The notes beneath the pieces were generated by a model that saw only the letters and a program-made list of their open reading frames with translations, was not told where the DNA came from and ran no database searches. DNA of 63,675 nucleotides, filler included, from Chrysochromulina tobinii (Eukaryota): NCBI GenBank assembly GCA_001275005.1. It is 7 parts of 7 records of this genome, joined end to end, with 100 filler letters (N's around TTAATTAATTAA, not from the genome) between each part and the next. Parts side by side here need not be neighbours in the genome. Positions count along the whole stretch, not along the records: positions 1 to 17,931 come from JWZX01000702.1; positions 18,032 to 28,652 come from JWZX01000704.1; 5 more parts are not named here. One strand, 5' to 3'. Shown in pieces: positions 11,245 to 21,000 of the stretch. The position numbers and the translations under genes are program-made. The first letter of the stretch is position 1. Every line of letters begins with the position of its first letter.

Positions 11245-11931
11245 ATGGACGCGAGCGTCGACTTCCTCTTATCGCGGCTCGAGATGGAGTACCGCATGGT
11301 TGTGGCCGCCACGCGGCCACCCGCGCAGGCTGAGGCATCATTGCTCGAGGACGAGGAGGCTCAGGCAGATGCAGAGGCGCAGGGCTACGCAACGATTGGC
11401 TTCGACAATGAGGATGACGAGGAGGGCGAGGTCGTGGACGCCGAAGGCTACGCGTGCATGGGCGACGAGGCAGAGGAGTCCGACGACGATGGTATGCCGC
11501 GAGCTGCAGCATCCGATGATGACGCAGACAAGGAAAATACTTTTGATGCCAGCGGCGTGCCAGCGGTTTTGGAAACAGCGACAGGGGCTCCTGTGATTGA
11601 ACTCGTCGCCGCCTCTCCCATCGCAATTGTGGTACGGTTGATCTTTGGCAGAGTGACCACAACCGCGTGGGCGTCGGCAAAGACCGGGGAGGAGCCTGCT
11701 GCTGCTGATGCCGAGCCATGGGTGGTCGAGTTCCCACCACTTGCCGAGGCGCCGGTGGCGGCAGCGCCATTGCCACCCGGCCGGGCCGACGCCATCCGCC
11801 ACGTTATGGCCGGGCTGACGCTGGCGCCGCCGCCGCCTGGCTGGGCTAAGGCAGTGCCAGAAGCTGTTTGGAAGCATCGCCTCCTAAGCGCCGCGCAGCG
11901 CCGCGCAGCGTATGGGCACGACGGACTGTGA
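11245..11931 (+). CDS. MEA1 (male-enhanced antigen 1)-like acidic protein
   Basis: Acidic N-terminal half; C-terminal AIRHVMAGLTLAPPPPGWAKAVPEAVW matches the MEA1 family pattern. Confidence 0.55.
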   Translation: MDASVDFLLSRLEMEYRMVVAATRPPAQAEASLLEDEEAQADAEAQGYATIGFDNEDDEEGEVVDAEGYACMGDEAEESDDDGMPRAAASDDDADKENTFDASGVPAVLETATGAPVIELVAASPIAIVVRLIFGRVTTTAWASAKTGEEPAAADAEPWVVEFPPLAEAPVAAAPLPPGRADAIRHVMAGLTLAPPPPGWAKAVPEAVWKHRLLSAAQRRAAYGHDGL

Positions 11932-12283
11932 ATTTATTGTAACCCGAGGTCATCTCCTGTCTCTCGTTAGAGCTTAGACTTTTCCACAGCGAGCGAATTT
12001 GGCATGAATTGAAGGGATCCTGCGTATTAGTCGCACAAATAAGAGCCCACGCCAATGCACGAGACAGGACGAAGTAAATAGTAATCGGAAATCCAATATC
12101 CAATTGCGGAAATGCGAAATCGCTCCCTCGGTCAGTGTGTAGCCTGGATGTGTGGAAAGTGGAATGAAATTGCGACTTTGTGTGTGCAATATATCGCACG
12201 CACCTACGAACACGCGACGACGGCAAGTCTCGGTTACCGATTTCTCGTCAATAGTGTCGTGTGTCGTCTGCGAGATCATCATG

Positions 12284-12934
12284 TCAAACCTTCTTCCCAA
12301 CACCTCCGGTGAAGAGCTGCTGCACGCCTTCGGCCGGGCTCACATCCCAGCTTTCAATGTGGCGAACGATGAGGCCGCTCTGTTCATCAAACTCGTGGAG
12401 CACGCCCCATGGCCATGCGAGCACAGGCTTCCAAGGCAAGGCGAGGCGCAGCTTGACCAGCAGCTTCGTGCTGTAGCGCGGTGGGCTCCTCTCGATTTCG
12501 GTGGAGAGGACGCGCGTCGACGACTCGGTGATGAACCCGCCCGCCAAATTAGACAAGTTTTCGACAAAGCGCTGCTTGCCCTTGAAAGATACGAATGGAT
12601 CCGCAAATTCACACTCCTCATCGTAGAGCGCTTCATCCATGACACCCGTGAGAAAGTAAGGCCTTGGATCGCTTGGCGAGCCATCGTAGTCCATTTTGAG
12701 CCGTGAAATGGCCTCTTCGAGCGTTGACGGTGCGCGCTGCGCAGCACGTGCCGATGTTACATCGACCCCACGCACCGCTTTTGCCATCTTGCCAAAGAGC
12801 TCCGCGCCAAACCAAACGCTCTTCACCGCGAGATTGGGCTCATCGGCCTCCTTCATGGCGCATCTGATGGACGAACGCCGTGCAGCGGGCCCGCCAATCA
12901 GCAGCGCGGTGACGAGCGACGCGAAGGAGAGCAT
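12284..12934 (-). CDS. DUF2358 / SnoaL-like (NTF2-fold) protein, possibly plastid-targeted
   Basis: YFLTG...LYDEECEFADPFVSFKG...LPWKP...IVRHIESWDV; hydrophobic N-terminus MLSFASLVTALLIG followed by a basic/Ser segment. Confidence 0.75.
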   Translation of the reverse strand: MLSFASLVTALLIGGPAARRSSIRCAMKEADEPNLAVKSVWFGAELFGKMAKAVRGVDVTSARAAQRAPSTLEEAISRLKMDYDGSPSDPRPYFLTGVMDEALYDEECEFADPFVSFKGKQRFVENLSNLAGGFITESSTRVLSTEIERSPPRYSTKLLVKLRLALPWKPVLAWPWGVLHEFDEQSGLIVRHIESWDVSPAEGVQQLFTGGVGKKV

Positions 12935-13759
12935 CCGCGCCTCGAATCTGCTGCTGTGAACGCTGCTCTGAACTCTGCTGCTGCTGTGAAACGCACGACG
13001 CGCACACTCTCCTGACACCCTAGCACATGGCCTCTGTGAACTCTCTTGTAGCGCCCAACACAGCGCGCGTGTGCGTGATGCGCGCGCGGGCGGCTGTGTA
13101 CTCAATTGGTCAATTACCGCGCGTACTTGTAACATACGGCTTCGAAAACACCGGGGGAGCCGGGACACACGCGGGACACACCGGTTCAAAAACACCGGGA
13201 GGTAACAGTGTTCCCGGTATATCCGGGAACACAGTGACTGTTCCCGGTATACCGGAACGTCATTCCCAATCATTCCCTCCAAACCGGGACGTCCCCGATG
13301 TGCAAACCGAACACTGCGCTACACTGTCTCCGAAAACGCAGTGCGAAAACTGCATAACGGGAAAGACGATCTAGCGAGATACGCCGCCGCGCTTCTCCGC
13401 CGGCGCGCGGGCGCGGACCGGATCACCCTGAGCCCCTGTGTGACGCTTCGACGCCGACAAGAGGTGCAACGTCTTTTGTCGGTCAATATACACAATCGTT
13501 TGAATTTAGATTGGACGTGCAGACAGCCTGACAGGACACAGGTACACGTGTCGAGCGCGAGGAGCGTACGGACGGCTTGAGCGATTCTAGATATCTCGTC
13601 GGCGAGACGGCGCGACTAACATCGCGACCATCGTGATCGCGTATCCACCAAGCAAGGACCACCACAACCAGCACCACCACAGCACCAGCACCACACCGGC
13701 ACACCGCATGTACGGTCGTCATGTGCACCGCTTCCTCTCGACTCACACAGCTTTCTGAC

Positions 13760-14683
13760 TCACAGCTCGTCTTTGGGGGCCTCGTTCTTTTGGGGCTCGG
13801 GCATCGCCCTCTTGGCGCGGTCAGGCTGCTGAGAAACACGTCGTGCAATCGCCGGCGTCGGGAGCGGCTCGTCTTTGGGGGCCTCGTGCTTTAATGGCTC
13901 GGGCACCGCCAGCGGGAGCGGGCCATCCTTAATCAGCGGATTATCTTCCTGATGAGGATCGCACTCCTCGTCCTTTGGTGGCTCGGGCATCGCCATCGGG
14001 AGCGGTCCATCCTTAATCAGCGGATTATCTTCCTGCGTGGGATCGCCCTCCTCGGCTACCTTCTGCATGTTCTGGATGTAGGCTGGCACACGACTTCTCT
14101 CCTTCTCAAGGCGCATCAGCTCCGCCTCATATTTCTCCCTCTCTTCCTCATCTTCGAACTTGGGCTCTGGGGGGCCGGGGTCCTCTTTTGGCAATCGCCC
14201 AGCGCGCTTGTCAAGGATGGTTTGGATCATATGCTTGGCACGCTCCTCGTGGGGCACTTTGTTGGGCCACATCTTGTTTCGGGACACCACATTGAGGAAT
14301 TCTTTGAGCTCTGGCTGGGTGATGATACGGTCTCCATCCTCGTCGATCGCGTCGAAGGTGAGGTTGTACCACCCACGTCCGGCATACCACTCAGACCACC
14401 CTTCTCCCTCGTCCTTCTCGAGCGCAGCGGAGAGGGTCACCTGGATCTCCAAAAAGTGGTACAGCCACGCCTTGGCCTCCTCTTCACTCCACACGCGGTC
14501 GCCGTCGTCATCCACTATCTGGATGATCCACTCAGCGTCGTGGCCGTTCACGCCGCGCTTCGTGCCAACGTATCGCTTTGTGCGTTCGGGCGCGTTCTTC
14601 GACACCATGCCCGTCATCTGCATTACGCCTTGCGCGTTCACGAGCGCCACACTGGCAAGCAGCACGAGCAAGACACGTGTCAT
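13760..14683 (-). CDS. ER-luminal EF-hand protein
   Basis: Signal peptide MTRVLLVLLASVALVNA; EF-hand loops DDDGDRVWSEEE and DEDGDRIITQPE; C-terminal KDEL; duplicated QEDNPLIKDGPLP. Confidence 0.75.
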   Translation of the reverse strand: MTRVLLVLLASVALVNAQGVMQMTGMVSKNAPERTKRYVGTKRGVNGHDAEWIIQIVDDDGDRVWSEEEAKAWLYHFLEIQVTLSAALEKDEGEGWSEWYAGRGWYNLTFDAIDEDGDRIITQPELKEFLNVVSRNKMWPNKVPHEERAKHMIQTILDKRAGRLPKEDPGPPEPKFEDEEEREKYEAELMRLEKERSRVPAYIQNMQKVAEEGDPTQEDNPLIKDGPLPMAMPEPPKDEECDPHQEDNPLIKDGPLPLAVPEPLKHEAPKDEPLPTPAIARRVSQQPDRAKRAMPEPQKNEAPKDEL

Positions 14684-14882
14684 CGCACAAGAATCTTGAA
14701 AAACGTTTGACGATGAGGAATGCAAACAAAAAGTTTAGTTTTTTCATGTGTGAATGTGGAGTGGAAACGTGTGGAGAACTATTGATGCGGAAAACATGTC
14801 GACAATTGCATCTTCGAAGAATCCCGCCGTGGGCGCCCGCGCCCATCACTCTCCGCGCCCAGCGGGGAGTAAATTGCGCGCT

Positions 14883-15516
14883 ATGCTTGGGGAAGAAGCC
14901 ATCGTCGTCGATGATGATGCGGAAGCGTTCGACCTCAATGTCCGACGACTGCAAAAAAAGAGTGGCGGTGGCAGCGTGCTCAATCTCATTGGGTCAGAGG
15001 ATGGAAACAGGCAGAGGGAGCTGGACGGAACGGGCAAGTTGCTTGTTGGCGACGCCCTGTCTTCTCGCTCCGATTCCACATCTTTAGGGCGAGGGCCCAG
15101 TTTCTCTGGTGAGGTGCTTTCAAGCGACCCAGGCGTCAAAGATATCACGGAAGTGATCGGTGCAGAGCTCAATGGTCTGGGCACCTCAAATGTCAAAGAC
15201 TTCATGTTTCGTGCGTCTGCGAAGTCCTCGAGCGCACGCGTGCCCTCAGCTGAACCCGCTCCCGTGCCGCGTCTCACACATGTGAATTCGTCTCGTCGTC
15301 GCAGAGTTCACGTGCGAAAACCCAAAGTGCCGCGCCGAAATGTCTATCTCTGGGACCATGATGCGTGACGCTGCGCTGGAGGACATGCGCAAAAAGCAGA
15401 AGAAGAAGGGCTTTCTGAGCAAATTTCTGGGCACGGACAAAATTTCGGTCGGTGTCGAGTGCGCCAAGTGCCAAAGGGTTCACAATCTTGCGGTTCCCGA
15501 CGGCGTGCTCGGATAA
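14883..15516 (+). CDS. Small hypothetical protein with a putative Zn ribbon; predicted intron 15211-15304
   Basis: Splicing GTGCGT..CGCAG gives ...KDFMFQFTCENPKCRAE...VECAKCQRVHNLAVPDGVLG*. Exon 2 is not in the ORF track. Confidence 0.5.
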
Positions 15517-16460
15517 AGCGATCGTGTTCCACGCTGGAATTTGGGGAGGAGGAGATCCGAATGTGCTGTGGGCCGCTGCGGCGCGCGGTGGGGCCATGCC
15601 GCAACGATCTTATGCGAACCTTTGGGCGCATCGCATGGATCTCGTTCGATCCGACGTATCCCCATCGCGAGCGCGTTACCGTGATTTGCGCCGCCCCGCT
15701 CCGCCGCCGCCGCGCGCGACGGCCCGCACCACTGTGCAACACGATAATCGGACACGAATGCGCAGATACTCGTAATGCAGACAGTGTCTATGAGCTGGCT
15801 TGCAATCGAGTGAGTTTCTTTGACGCGCACATTCCGCGCATACGCCATACCAACGCCATACCGCGCCCCCGTGAGCGCGCCCGCCGCCGCGCGCGTCGGC
15901 TCGTCGGATCGGCGTCCGCGGCGCGGGCGCGCGGGCCCCCGCGCGCGGGGCGCCACGCGTGCACGCCGTTGACGGTTCCGGTTGACCGTTTTCGGTCGTC
16001 GTTTCGGTCGTAACGCAGTGAGAACTCCCCCGCCCCCCCCCGCCTCTCGCGGTCCTGCGTACACCAGATAGATCTCAGATGGCATGTGATTTTTCCGACA
16101 CAGACAGTTGGCCATGCCCACCCCTCCGTCGCATGAGTGCGGTATCCCGCGCCGAGCGCGCTTACGAGCGGCTCTTCCACTACCCTACGCCCTCGCGATA
16201 TGATTCACCGCGTCCGCCGGCGCCGCGTGTCACCCCTGCCCCAATTCATATCAACACACCCGCCGCACATACGGCGAGACGACAGCTCTCCTTGGCGAGA
16301 AGGAGAGGCTGAGGTCTTCATGGGGCTGCGCGGCGGTTTGAGCGGCTCACGTGCTCTTTCACACAAACGAGGGGGATGCACGATCTCGCGTCGAGATCTC
16401 GCGGCCATGCTGCGGACACCGTGCCGCCCAGGCCAACGGCCCCCGGCCCATCACTCCGTC

Positions 16461-17600
16461 TCAGGCGGTGAGGACGACAGTGGGGGGCGCGTCCTCCTCA
16501 GTAGCACTCTCGTAGTCGGACACCCTAGAAGAGGGCACGGCGTCGACCGACGGCTCGGACGGCGCCGGCTTGAGGGGCTCCTCCTCCTTCAGGGGGAGGA
16601 GCGACTTGCCCTCGGCGACGATGGCCGAGCCGACGCGCTTGAGGCGCTCGAGGAAGTCCTGCAGTGAGAACCCCTCCACCTTGTACAGCTCGACGCCCGA
16701 TTTGGCCTCCGCCTCCATCTGCTTCAGCAGGGAGGAGGACATCGCGGCTACTTTCTGCTTGACGGCCTCGAGCTCAATGGCCGATGCCATCCCGTAGCCC
16801 TGCGCGACGAGCGCCTTCACCTGCGCCATGTGCGTCTCGAGCTCTTCCGCCAGCGCCGTCGCCGCCGTCTTCACCTTGTCCGCGCCCTTCTGCGCCGCCG
16901 CCGAGGCGACGACGGGCAGCTCCTTAATGAGGCGGGCCATGTCGGCCTGGAACTCGGCCGTCTTGACGTTCCACTGCTCGCGGTACGCCTTAACCTTCTC
17001 GTACTTGATCAGGTCGACGGCCTTCTCCTTGAGCGCCGCCACCTTCTCGACCGGGTACTCGCGGGCCTCGTTGAAGGCCTCGAGCATCTTCTCAACCTTC
17101 TCAGACTTACGCAGCTCCTCGAGCTTGGCCACATACGGCGCCGCCGTCTCCTTGACCGATGAGATGTACGGCGCGAGGTACGGAGACGCGAGCTCCTTGC
17201 CCTCCTCGAGCAGCTGCTTGCGGCCCTGCGCATGTCGAAAGGCAGCCGGGGGGAGCACGGGGAAAATCAGAATCCTTATCGACAATGGCGGAGTCTCACT
17301 CAGGGGCAAATACAGTGGGGGGCGAAATAGGACGAATGCGGCGGAGCATACATCGGCATTGCCAGCCTTCTCGATGTAAGGCGCGGCCATCTCCTTCACG
17401 ACGGTCGCCTTCTCGGACAGGCCCTTGTAAGTGGTCGCCTCAGCCACATATTGAATCACCTTCGTGGCCTTCGCTTCATCTACCATTTTGGAGAGCAGCT
17501 TGTTGGCGCCCGCGCTAACCAGGAGGTCGGCAACAAGCTGCGGGCGCGTATCGACGTCGGTATACAGCTGAGAGACGGTCGTCTTGATGTCGGCGAGCAT
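16461..17600 (-). CDS. Amphipathic-helical (apolipoprotein/lipid-droplet-like) hypothetical protein; predicted in-frame intron 17226-17351
   Basis: Strong codon bias and repeated APY motifs; a 126-nt GTATGC..GCAG segment of discordant composition interrupts the Lys/Glu/Ala-rich protein. Confidence 0.6.
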   Translation of the reverse strand: MLADIKTTVSQLYTDVDTRPQLVADLLVSAGANKLLSKMVDEAKATKVIQYVAEATTYKGLSEKATVVKEMAAPYIEKAGNADVCSAAFVLFRPPLYLPLSETPPLSIRILIFPVLPPAAFRHAQGRKQLLEEGKELASPYLAPYISSVKETAAPYVAKLEELRKSEKVEKMLEAFNEAREYPVEKVAALKEKAVDLIKYEKVKAYREQWNVKTAEFQADMARLIKELPVVASAAAQKGADKVKTAATALAEELETHMAQVKALVAQGYGMASAIELEAVKQKVAAMSSSLLKQMEAEAKSGVELYKVEGFSLQDFLERLKRVGSAIVAEGKSLLPLKEEEPLKPAPSEPSVDAVPSSRVSDYESATEEDAPPTVVLTA

Positions 17601-17688
17601 GGCGAGCTTGACTGACCGCCTCGATTGAAGAGAATCTGTGGCGCTGAGCGAATCTGGGATTCTGCTGAAGTGTTCTCTTTTACGCGAT

Positions 17689-17780
17689 CAGGTTTGCGAA
17701 AGGGTCAGTTGAATCGACACACAAGGTACCGACCAGGTTTGCGAATGGGACAGTTGAATCGACACACAAGGTACCGACCA
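17689..17780. repeat. 45-bp tandem duplication
   Basis: caggtttgcga..cagttgaatcgacacacaaggtaccgacca twice with period 45. Confidence 0.85.
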
Positions 17781-17931
17781 ACCACTACCACACGAAACAC
17801 AGGACAGACGGGCGCTGTCACCGCGGTCGCGTCGCTCGGTGGAGGTATTGGGGTTTTTTTCGATACAAGAAAAGGCTCTTTTCGATACAAGATATCATTA
17901 TATATCATTACATATCACGTTGCTATCATTG

Positions 17932-18031
17932 NNNNNNNNNNNNNNNNNNNNNNNNNNNNNNNNNNNNNNNNNNNNTTAATTAATTAANNNNNNNNNNNNN
18001 NNNNNNNNNNNNNNNNNNNNNNNNNNNNNNN
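17932..18031. other. Artificial contig linker
   Basis: N-run + TTAATTAATTAA (stops in all six frames) + N-run. Confidence 0.98.
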
Positions 18032-21000
18032 GCTCCGGCGGCAGCAGCGCAGGCGGCGGCAGCGCAGGCGGCAGCCGCGGCAGCGCCACAGGGAAATCCG
18101 GCGGCTGCGGCAGCGGCGGCGGCGGCGCCGACACCACCCGCGGTCGCCGCGATGCCAAGCCTCGGAGACGGCATCGCGCCGGTAGCCGACCCATCGCAGG
18201 CGGGCTCGAAGCAGACGGCCCCGGGCGTGCTCACGCGCTCTACTGAGTCCTTCAAGGTGCTCACCGAATGTCCGCTGATCGTGATGCTCCTCTTCCAGCT
18301 CTACCCGCGCTACATCCAGGTGACCATCCCGTCGCTCATCCCGATGATGGTGCAGACGCTTGCCCTCCGCCCGCCGCGCGGCTCGGCGCGCCATCGGCTC
18401 GCATGTGCCGACTTCATGGCGGCACAGGTCAAGACGCTCTCCTTCCTGACGTACCTGCTCCGTGCCTTCGCCGACTTAATGCGCCAGTACCAAGAGTCGA
18501 TCCCCAAGTGCGTGATCCAGTTGCTGCTCATGTGCCCGCCCGAGTCGGCCTCGATCCGCAAGGACATCCTCGTCGCGACGCGCCACATCCTAGCCACCGA
18601 CTTCCGTGTGGGCTTCTTCTCACAGATCGACGTGCTGCTCGACGAGAAGGTTCTGATCGGCTCTGGCGCGTCGGCGGCGGCGCGCTCACACGAAACGCTC
18701 CGGCCGCTTGCGTGCTCGACGCTCGCCGACCTCGTGCACCACGTGCGCGGCGAGCTCGGGATCAAGCACCTCTCGCGCGTCGTCTACATCTTCTCGTGCA
18801 ACATCCATGACTCGTCGCTTCCCATTGGAATCCAGACGACCTCGGTCCGGCTGCTGCTCAATTTGGTCGAAAACATCTTCCACAAGAACGACGCCGAGGG
18901 GCGCGCGCTGCTCGTGCGCATCCTGCACTGCCTCGTGTGCAAGTTCGCCACGTTCAAGGGCCAGATCGCCAAGCAGATCGAGGCGCGCAAAAAGGAAATG
19001 GACGAGGCCGACGCCGCCAAGGGCGAGGGTGGCGCGCCGGCGCCCGCGGTGGTGGCGGCGATCACGGACTCGAGCGCGCTCGCCGATCCGGCGGCGATGG
19101 CGGTGCTCGAGAAGGCGAAGGCGGTGGATAAGGATAAGGGCGGCGACAAGGACGGCAAGGGCGATAAGAGGACGGAGAGCAAGGAGGTGAAGCAGATGCT
19201 CAAGACGATGATCCTGGGCGTGAAGACGGTCGTGTGGTCCGTCTCGAACTCTCGCCAGCCGCAGTCGGCGGGCGCCCAAAAGGGCATGTCCGAGTCGGAG
19301 TGCCTGCTTGTGGCGCGGCTGCTCAAGAGCGGCCTCGAGTGCTTCGCCATCTACTCGTCCGGCCCCGAGGCGTCGTCTCAGGAGGAGAAGGATGTTCTCG
19401 ACTATTTTGCGGGCGTCTTCACGGTGCTCGACGTGCGCAACTTCACGCAGGTCTTCTCGCAGCAGGTCGGCTTCATGTACACGCGCGTGCTCAAGAATAA
19501 CACGATGTCGACCATGCTGCAGCACTTTCTCGCCAACTCAACGGTCTCGCGCGCCTTTGCGGACCTGCTGCTCGCCTTTCTTGTCGAGCGCATCGGAGCG
19601 CTTGGCAACCCTGATGATCCGTCCGCGGCGGTGCTGCTCCGGCTCTTCAAGCTCGTCTTCGGCTCCGTCACTCTCTTCCCTGAAAACGAGCCGCTGCTGC
19701 GTCCGCACCTGCCCACGATCGTCACGCAGGCTATGCGGCACGCCGCACACGCCGCGCAGCCCGCCAACTTCTTCTCGCTGCTGCGCGCCCTCTTCAAATC
19801 GATCGGTGGGGGCAAGTTTGAGCAGCTCTACAAGGAGTTCCTGCCCCTGCTGCCCTCTCTGCTCCAGGGCCTCATCGGCGCGCATGCGGCCTCGCACCAG
19901 CTGCACGTGCGCGAGCTGCTGCTCGAGCTGTGCCTCACGCTGCCCGCACGCCTCTCGTCGCTCCTGCCGTACCTGCAGCTGCTCATGCGGCCGGTGCTGC
20001 ATGCGCTGCGCGCGTCGCACGAGCTCATCTCACTCGCGCTGCGCACGCTCGAATTTTGGATTGACCATCTGCATCCAGGCTTCCTCGCCCCGCTGCTTTC
20101 GCCCGTGATGCGGCAGCTGCTGCTCGCGCTCACGCAGCAGCTGCTGCCCGCGCCGCACCCATTCGGTCCGTCGGCTCTGCGCATTCTGGGCAAGCTCGGC
20201 GGCCGTAACCGGCAGTCGCTGCACATGCGCGAGCCCCTCCCGTGCACTGGCACGGCTGCGCCCATCTTCTCCGTCCTCATCCCGCCGCTCGTGGCGCCGG
20301 GCACACTCACCGATGCCAGCGCGCCGGCGGGCGCCACCAGGCCCGCTACGCCGATCAAGCTGCCACTCGACGCGGTGCTCGAGAGGGCGCTCGACCTGCT
20401 GCAGACGGGCGGCAAGCCGCCGAAGCCCACGCCGCCCTCGTCCTTCTCGTCCTCATCGTCGGCGGCCGCTGGGTCCGCCGCCGCCGTCGCTGTGCAGGCG
20501 GCCGCCGACGCACCGTTGAAGGAGGCGTTCTCTCTCGTGCGTGCGTGCGTCTGCCGCCTCGTGACAGCGGCCGCTGACGCCCCTGTCGCCGCCGACGCGA
20601 AGATCGCCATTCATGGCGTCGCCGATGCGATGATGGTGGATGCGATGGAGGTGGACAGGGCCTCAACGGCCGCGGGCTCCAAAGACCTGGTGATGTGGAC
20701 TGTCGATGTCAAGCCCGTGGCCTCCGCGGCTGACGGAGCCCCGGCGACGGCGATCACTATCAAGGCGATCGAACGTTTCGAGGCCGAAGAGGCGATGCTC
20801 GCGACGCTCTACCGTTCGATTACGCTCGCCGCCGCGTCGCCAGCGCTGCAGGAGCAAGCAACCGAGCTCCTCGTCAGTCTCGCGCGCCACACGGCCCTTC
20901 TCATCCAGGCCGAGGCTGGAGAGGGCGCGCCGGCGACGACTCGGCTCTCGGCGCGCCCTCGGTGCTTTGTGCAGGGGCTGCTCGGCGCGCTCGGCACCTC

